Part shown: positions 59,052 through 64,000 of the stretch, piece by piece
Layout: every line of letters starts with the position of its first letter
Numbering within the stretch: position 1 is the stretch's first letter
Origin: Chloroflexota bacterium
GTDB taxonomy: Bacteria; Chloroflexota; Dehalococcoidia; Lucifugimonadales; GCA-2722455
Direction: 5' to 3'
DNA: 64,000 bases
Assembly (NCBI GenBank): GCA_002722455.1
Contig: PBMB01000019.1
Location: 16,306-80,305, forward strand
Translations under genes and position numbers: made by a program
Notes under the pieces: generated by a model
Databases searched by the model: none
What the model saw: only the letters and a program-made list of their open reading frames with translations
Told to the model about the DNA's origin: nothing

Positions 59052-59645
59052 ATGCCTAAGCAATACAAAATCAAAGCAGAACTAAACAACATGACTCTTA
59101 CTGTTTTCTCTGAAAGTCGTTATGGTAAAGATTTTCTTGGACGTATTATCTTTATGTCTACTGAAAATAATTCTTCTGTCTATCAAATTTCATGTGTTGT
59201 TTCTCGTAAAGGTTTTGGCTTTATGACATATCAATGTTTGCTTATGGCTGCAAAAATTAACGGCTTCACTGTTTGTAGTGATCGTGACACTGAAACAACT
59301 GAAACTTGCTTTATTCTTTGGAATAAGCTTCACAAGCTTGATAAAGCAATTCGCAACCCTTTATCTGAAAAACTAAACCATAAGTTTTTAGAGTTCACCT
59401 CAGAGGAAGAATCACCAGAAATGTTTGCTTCTTATTCATTAGAACCTACGCCCTATTTCCTAGATAATTTCGGTGTTGTCAAGGAAGATAGTTTTGCAGA
59501 AACAGCCAAAGAACAAGGTTGGGATGATTTTTTTGAAAAAGCTTATTATTCAAATGACGCTGAATATCGAGAGGAAAACCATTTTATTGATGCTGATTTT
59601 CCAATGAATATTGAAGTCGATAAATCACACGAAATTGTCTATTGA
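59052..59645 (+). CDS. Hypothetical protein, possible GNAT fold
   Basis: YQISCVVSRKGFGFMTYQ..SD....WNKL resembles the GNAT acetyl-CoA loop. Confidence 0.5.
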   Translation: MPKQYKIKAELNNMTLTVFSESRYGKDFLGRIIFMSTENNSSVYQISCVVSRKGFGFMTYQCLLMAAKINGFTVCSDRDTETTETCFILWNKLHKLDKAIRNPLSEKLNHKFLEFTSEEESPEMFASYSLEPTPYFLDNFGVVKEDSFAETAKEQGWDDFFEKAYYSNDAEYREENHFIDADFPMNIEVDKSHEIVY

Positions 59646-59714
59646 TTTCTTGCTTTGTTGTTTTATTTTTTGTATAATAAATCCAAGTTAATTAAAAGAG
59701 TTAGAGAATAAATT

Positions 59715-60149
59715 ATGCCAATACTATCAATTAAAAATCAACTAAAAATCGTTTCTTTTGACGCAGAAGATGCAGTAATCAATGTTGCAAAAGGTGATTT
59801 TGAAGTCTTTGGAGCTGTTGAAGAAATCAATCTTGTTCTTCAAGGTCAAGAGTTTGATATTGAATCTGCAAATTGGGAATATGTTTACGAAGACGATCCT
59901 GAAAATGCTTCTATTTTCTCTGACTACTGTGTTCTTGCGGTTACAGACAGTAAAGATACTGGCTATCAAGTTGTAGACCCTTACAATGCGATTGACGAAG
60001 TTGATAACTACAAACATTGTGACAATTTTGGTCTTTTTGAGATTCCTTGTGGCAATGGAGGTTGTTGTTTTATTTACACAGCTAAAAATGATTCTGGTGA
60101 AATCATTGCTGTTAAAGTTTGTGGTGTTCACCCCGAAGATATGGAATAA
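59715..60149 (+). CDS. Hypothetical acidic protein
   Basis: ORF. Confidence 0.6.
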   Translation: MPILSIKNQLKIVSFDAEDAVINVAKGDFEVFGAVEEINLVLQGQEFDIESANWEYVYEDDPENASIFSDYCVLAVTDSKDTGYQVVDPYNAIDEVDNYKHCDNFGLFEIPCGNGGCCFIYTAKNDSGEIIAVKVCGVHPEDME

Positions 60150-60239
60150 TGCCAATTTAACCAATTAAACGCCCTGTTACGCAGGGCGTTTTTTTTTATT
60201 TTTTTTCCTTGCTTTTCTTTGTCTACTAACCTATAATTA

Positions 60240-60414
60240 CTCTTAGATTAAGCAAACAAATAAGCCTTAGTCCAAGGTTGACAACCTAGCCGCTCTTACA
60301 CTTGGTAAATCGTCTTTATACTACAAAAAAAGAAACTTTCACTTTATCTTAATTGATATTTGAAAGCTAACGAAAAGAGCAAGTTTATCAAATCAAACTT
60401 TTAGGAAAAACAAA
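60240..60414 (+). ncRNA. Candidate structured 5' leader RNA (copy B)
   Basis: AGGTTG 60275-N7-AGCC-N7-CACTTGGTAAA 60299; GCTCTT 60292/AAGAGC 60375 stem; inner CTTTCA/TGAAAG hairpin. Confidence 0.55.
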
Positions 60415-60984
60415 ATGAAAGCTAAAAATCTATTTTCTCTACTTACTCGCAAAGAACTAACCAACATCGCTACCGAAATTGCTAACTGCAAAGTTCACGG
60501 TATGAAAGTAAAAGCAAATCAATTTATTGAAGCTATCGCACAAATGAACGGCAAAGGTTCAGAAGCTTTACTTAATGATATGAATAATGAATCATTGTTC
60601 TCGTTTAATGACTTACACGCTATCTTTGACCATTCTTCTGGTGAAACTGCACTTGCTGCTATTGGCTTCTCTATATCTGTTAACGGTTTCTGGGATCGCA
60701 GTAAAATCCGTGTGTGTGAAGGCACATTTGAAGAGAACTCTATCTTTATGCGTGATGTCCGTGTTGAATTTACGGGTTCTTCTAATGGCGTTGATAATGA
60801 TATTGACCTATCAACCAATGAACGCAATAGAAACTTACGTATGGCTATCAACGCAGCCTTTGAGCTTGCAGAAACAATCAACTCTAACAAAAGACAAATC
60901 AAAAGTGAAAAAGATCTTCAAAAGCTAATTCAGGAAGAATGGGAAATTCGACATATTCAAAAAGAAAAAGCAACTGTCTTATAA
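60415..60984 (+). CDS. Hypothetical protein with N-terminal Glyoxalase_8-like helical domain
   Basis: LTRKELTNIATEIA..KVKANQFIEAIAQMNGKGSEALL. Confidence 0.65.
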   Translation: MKAKNLFSLLTRKELTNIATEIANCKVHGMKVKANQFIEAIAQMNGKGSEALLNDMNNESLFSFNDLHAIFDHSSGETALAAIGFSISVNGFWDRSKIRVCEGTFEENSIFMRDVRVEFTGSSNGVDNDIDLSTNERNRNLRMAINAAFELAETINSNKRQIKSEKDLQKLIQEEWEIRHIQKEKATVL

Positions 60985-60996
60985 TCTTAACATTAG

Positions 60997-61030
60997 AAGC
61001 CTTGATTCACTCAAGGCTTTGTTATACAAT
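60997..61030 (+). promoter_or_regulatory. Fused terminator/sigma70 promoter
   Basis: AAGCCTTGA-TTCAC-TCAAGGCTT; -35 61002, 17 bp, TACAAT 61025. Confidence 0.75.
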
Positions 61031-61064
61031 CAGACTATTAAATATTCTCTACAAGGAATAACCT

Positions 61065-61286
61065 ATGAAAACAAGTCTAGAAGTTTTGCTTGAAATTCAC
61101 ACTACGTATGCTGCTAATGTTGGCGGTAATTATCAAAGTGCAACCCTTTCTTTGAAAAAAGCTATGGATAATGGTTCATTGCATTCTGATATTGAAAAAC
61201 TTGTTAAAAAACATGATCAATGGTCAAAAGACGTTGGTGGTAATTATCGTGATCTTGTTAAAACACTCAAAAAATTTGTTTCTTAG
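61065..61286 (+). CDS. Small two-repeat protein
   Basis: VGGNY repeated twice. Confidence 0.6.
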   Translation: MKTSLEVLLEIHTTYAANVGGNYQSATLSLKKAMDNGSLHSDIEKLVKKHDQWSKDVGGNYRDLVKTLKKFVS

Positions 61287-61297
61287 GGGGGGGGTAT

Positions 61298-61669
61298 ATG
61301 GTTGAATTTTTAGACGAATCAGAAGAATTTTTAAAACTACAGCAGTCAAATGCATTGGTTCGTAATCAAGTTCGTCAGATATTAAGATCTTCAGAATGCG
61401 ACGAAGAAATCGAGAGAAAGAAAAAGCAACGATTAGAAAAAAGTTTTGTTCAGTTTAAAAAGTTTCTCAATAAAAACTTATCTGCCCTTTCTCATTATAA
61501 AATTGATATTGTTATTAACTGGTCTATTCGAATCCTTATTGGACAAGAAAAAGAATGGCTGTCCAGAACAACCTTTGAAGAACGAAAACGAATGGAAATG
61601 TTTCTTATTTTAGAAAATAAAGACCCAAAAGATATACACAATAAAAAGACATTAGAAGCAAAATTCTAA
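61298..61669 (+). CDS. Hypothetical protein
   Basis: ORF. Confidence 0.55.
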   Translation: MVEFLDESEEFLKLQQSNALVRNQVRQILRSSECDEEIERKKKQRLEKSFVQFKKFLNKNLSALSHYKIDIVINWSIRILIGQEKEWLSRTTFEERKRMEMFLILENKDPKDIHNKKTLEAKF

Positions 61670-61730
61670 ACCAATAAGATTTAGTGTTGATTTTTGTTTT
61701 TAAACTTGATAATATATAGTCTCTTTCCTA

Positions 61731-61994
61731 ATGACAAACAAGGTTATTGAAATGATCAAGAATCAAGCAAAAATTGAAGAATTCCAAATTGACGTTCGCA
61801 CTACACTAGACCCAGTGTGTGAGTATTCAGACGCTTATAAAAAACTTCAACATATTCGAAGCGAAGCAATGAAAACGCTTGAAGCAACAGAAGAAGAAGT
61901 TGCTGAACTAATGGAATTACATTTCGGAAACTGTCTTGAAATCGATGACGCACTTATTGCAATCTACCCTGAACAATTCGGTGATCGTGAATAA
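61731..61994 (+). CDS. Hypothetical protein, duplicate copy 1
   Basis: Ends HFGNCLEIDDALIAIYPEQFGDRE; true start may be the second Met behind AAGGTT. Confidence 0.7.
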   Translation: MTNKVIEMIKNQAKIEEFQIDVRTTLDPVCEYSDAYKKLQHIRSEAMKTLEATEEEVAELMELHFGNCLEIDDALIAIYPEQFGDRE

Positions 61995-62227
61995 CAAAGC
62001 GTATACATAATCAAACTTAAAGAGCTTTTTGTTTCGCACACCAAGCTCTTTTTTGTTATAATATCACCATAAAAAATAATAGAGAGATTGCAAAATAATT
62101 AAACTATTCAACACTTTTTTGAATTCCCTAAAACTTCTTCAATATTTTATAAAATTATTCAATTTGTTTTTTTTGTTTTAGTATTGATTTTTGTTTTTAA
62201 ACTTGATAATATATAGTCTCTTTCCTA

Positions 62228-62491
62228 ATGGCAAACAAGGTTACTAAAATGATTAACAATCCAGAAAAAATTGAAAATTTTCAAATTAATGTTCGTATCG
62301 CACTAGACCCAATTTCTGATTATTCTGAAGCTTATGGAAAGCTTCAAGAAATCCGAAATGAAGCAATTGAAACACTTGACGCCACAAATGAAGAAGTCGC
62401 TGAAATGATGGAATCTCATTTTGGAAATTGCCTTGAAATCGATGACGCACTTATTGCAATCTACCCTGAACAATTCGGTGATCGTGAATAA
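62228..62491 (+). CDS. Hypothetical protein, duplicate copy 2
   Basis: C-terminus identical to copy 1. Confidence 0.7.
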   Translation: MANKVTKMINNPEKIENFQINVRIALDPISDYSEAYGKLQEIRNEAIETLDATNEEVAEMMESHFGNCLEIDDALIAIYPEQFGDRE

Positions 62492-62591
62492 TAAAGTATA
62501 TACATAATTAAACTTAAAGAGCTTTTTGTTTTACACATTAGGCTCTTTTTTTTTATAATAACAACATTAAAAACAATAGCGAGATTCGATT

Positions 62592-63311
62592 ATGAAAAAA
62601 ATCATTAATTCCCTTATCAAAGAATTATCAGACACAGCTACTATTCAACTAATTCAAAAGCCCGACAATGAAAATCGAATTTTTTTGAAACTTACCTTTC
62701 ACAATTCTCAATTCTTTGTTCCATTTAAACTTCAGTTTGCCAAATATAATTGCGCTTATTATTTCGAAGATTTTTGTTCCGACTCCAATACTTCAAAAAA
62801 TAATCTCTTCAATATTGTAGAACAGGCTTATAGAAAACATAACAATGTTCAAATAAATGACTCTGGAAATTATTTAGTTAGCGTTTGGATTAAAAAAAGA
62901 CGAGTCTCATTTTTTGAAGAACTTTCTAAATCTGAATATTTTTCACGAGTTCTACGTCATTATGAGACAGTTTTTAATTCTTTAATACCAAAAATTGAAA
63001 AAGAAGTATCAACCACATTCCAAAACAATGCAGAAAATCTTTTTGACCTTGGTTTTTCGACAATAAACCTTGTTAAGAGATATCCTGAATTATTTCCTAA
63101 TAGCAATCTGTTTATAGGTAAGGTCGATATTGATTCTTTTGATTTGCTTTATAAAGACGTTTTAAATTACGATTCAAAACAAGGGATTTCAGTTTATAAA
63201 ACTCCTGACGGTTATCTTTATGCCGAGGGTGATTCTGATTTCATTTTTATCAAAGCTCGATTCTTGAAAAATCTTTTTATAACCGAAGAACCCTTAGAAC
63301 TCGAACCTTGA
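62592..63311 (+). CDS. Hypothetical protein
   Basis: ORF. Confidence 0.65.
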   Translation: MKKIINSLIKELSDTATIQLIQKPDNENRIFLKLTFHNSQFFVPFKLQFAKYNCAYYFEDFCSDSNTSKNNLFNIVEQAYRKHNNVQINDSGNYLVSVWIKKRRVSFFEELSKSEYFSRVLRHYETVFNSLIPKIEKEVSTTFQNNAENLFDLGFSTINLVKRYPELFPNSNLFIGKVDIDSFDLLYKDVLNYDSKQGISVYKTPDGYLYAEGDSDFIFIKARFLKNLFITEEPLELEP

Positions 63312-63419
63312 TTTTATTTTAAATTTAGTATCTTTTTTGCTCATGTTTCTTGATTTTTAAAAGAAAGTCGCATATAATATATTCATTCGATTGGCAAACC
63401 CTACTTTGGAGATATTTTT

Positions 63420-63635
63420 ATGGGACGCAAAACAAAAGCGCAAAAGAAAAAATTATCTGGTAAAGCATTGTCTAAGCAGGAGCAAGCGCAAGCTTCTAAG
63501 CCTCGCAACGAGTTGGTTCGCCAAATAGTTGAGCAAGGCGGCATAGGTGGTGCAGGTAAACACCGTGATCGTCGTTACGAAGCCAAAAATGGTGGTCGTC
63601 AAAAACACAAAGGCAAAGATTACGACGAGTATTAA
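63420..63635 (+). CDS. Small basic protein (weak ArfA-like pattern)
   Basis: RNELVR..GAGKHRDRR..RQKHK; GGAG RBS. Confidence 0.6.
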   Translation: MGRKTKAQKKKLSGKALSKQEQAQASKPRNELVRQIVEQGGIGGAGKHRDRRYEAKNGGRQKHKGKDYDEY

Positions 63636-63695
63636 ACAGATATTAAAGAGCGACTCAATTGAGTCGTTTTTTTTATTTTTCCTTTTTTTGTTGCA

Positions 63696-63835
63696 AAAAA
63701 AAGAGACATTCAATGCCTCTTTTCTTTTTTTATTATTTGAATTTCGAAATTTGAACCTTTCAAAACTCTAGCTGTTCATGTGCCAATTGCTCATAATCAA
63801 GCATTCAACCAAATCTTCAGGGGGTTGCAAGAGGA
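63696..63835 (-). ncRNA. Candidate sRNA or mini-ORF transcript
   Basis: Extended -10 TGCTATAAT at 63841-63849; terminator 63696-63726; only a 14-codon ORF inside. Confidence 0.4.
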
Positions 63836-63889
63836 CTTTTATTATAGCATAAAAAAACGACCCTTTCGAGTCGTTTTTCTTTATTTGTT

Positions 63890-64000
63890 TTATTTTTTTC
63901 TACGCAAGGTCAATAAACTAAGACCAAGTAAAGTAAGTAATCCAGTAGAACCACCCGAATCACCTGAATTACTTGAATCAACACTTGAGCTTGTTTTACC
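63890..64000 (-). CDS. C-terminus of a second GlyGly-CTERM surface protein (5' part outside the window)
   Basis: Translates GKTSSSVDSSNSGDSGGSTGLLTLLGLSLLTLRRKK-stop. Confidence 0.85.
   Translation of the reverse strand, partial: GKTSSSVDSSNSGDSGGSTGLLTLLGLSLLTLRRKK

Larger units (their letters stand above)
61680..62590 (+). repeat. Tandem duplication of a promoter-gene-terminator-promoter cassette
   Basis: Copies at ~61680-62088 and ~62177-62587, offset 497 bp. Confidence 0.9.

Noticed and set aside
4033-61030. Integron attC cassette array
   Set aside because: The hairpins lack RYYYAAC/GTTRRRY boxes, the genes have their own promoters, and no integrase is present
63393-63432. GGCAAACC...TGGGACGCAAA resembles the c-di-GMP-I riboswitch P2 flanks
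   Set aside because: No paired GNRA-capped stem between them and no P3/tetraloop receptor; the 3' half is just the codons for M-G-R-K. A cmscan would settle it
1-64000. tRNA/rRNA genes, virion genes, alternative genetic code
   Set aside because: No cloverleaf or rRNA signature or structural motifs recognised; genes are dense and intact under the standard code

Overview
A very AT-rich window (roughly 70% by eye) packed with about 105 short genes, most of unknown function and ~90% on the + strand. I saw no core housekeeping genes, rRNA/tRNA, CRISPR array or virion structural genes. Nearly every gene or gene pair has its own near-consensus sigma70 promoter and intrinsic terminator, which fits the early/accessory region of a jumbo phage or a giant plasmid-like element. 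Two GlyGly-CTERM proteins and a chemoreceptor point to a gammaproteobacterial, Vibrio-like host (inference). Recognisable products: two tandem paralogues with helicase-associated (HA)-like repeats, the complete one ending in a sigma70 region-4 HTH; an ADP-ribosyltransferase-fold protein; a SEC-C protein; an MCP; a class I methyltransferase; a secreted fibrinogen-domain protein; a trypsin-like GlyGly-CTERM protease; a HAD phosphatase; an HhH DNA glycosylase; a Zn-repeat GIY-YIG-like nuclease; a PRTase; an HExxH protease; and a Mesh1/SpoT-like HD hydrolase. The most interesting signals are non-coding. (1) A structured leader motif (AGGTTG-N7-AGCC-N7/8-CACTTGGTAAA plus a long-range stem) occurs twice, each time ahead of a gene with a similar helical N-terminal domain. 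(2) At least 15 fused terminator-promoter elements have the -35 box inside the terminator hairpin. (3) Three palindromes sit on an exact 28-bp period. (4) A 1-kb origin-like region has IHF-consensus repeats around a perfect palindrome. (5) An orphan IS200/IS605-like end and a candidate sRNA. All functional calls come from recognising motifs by eye; no database searches were run.
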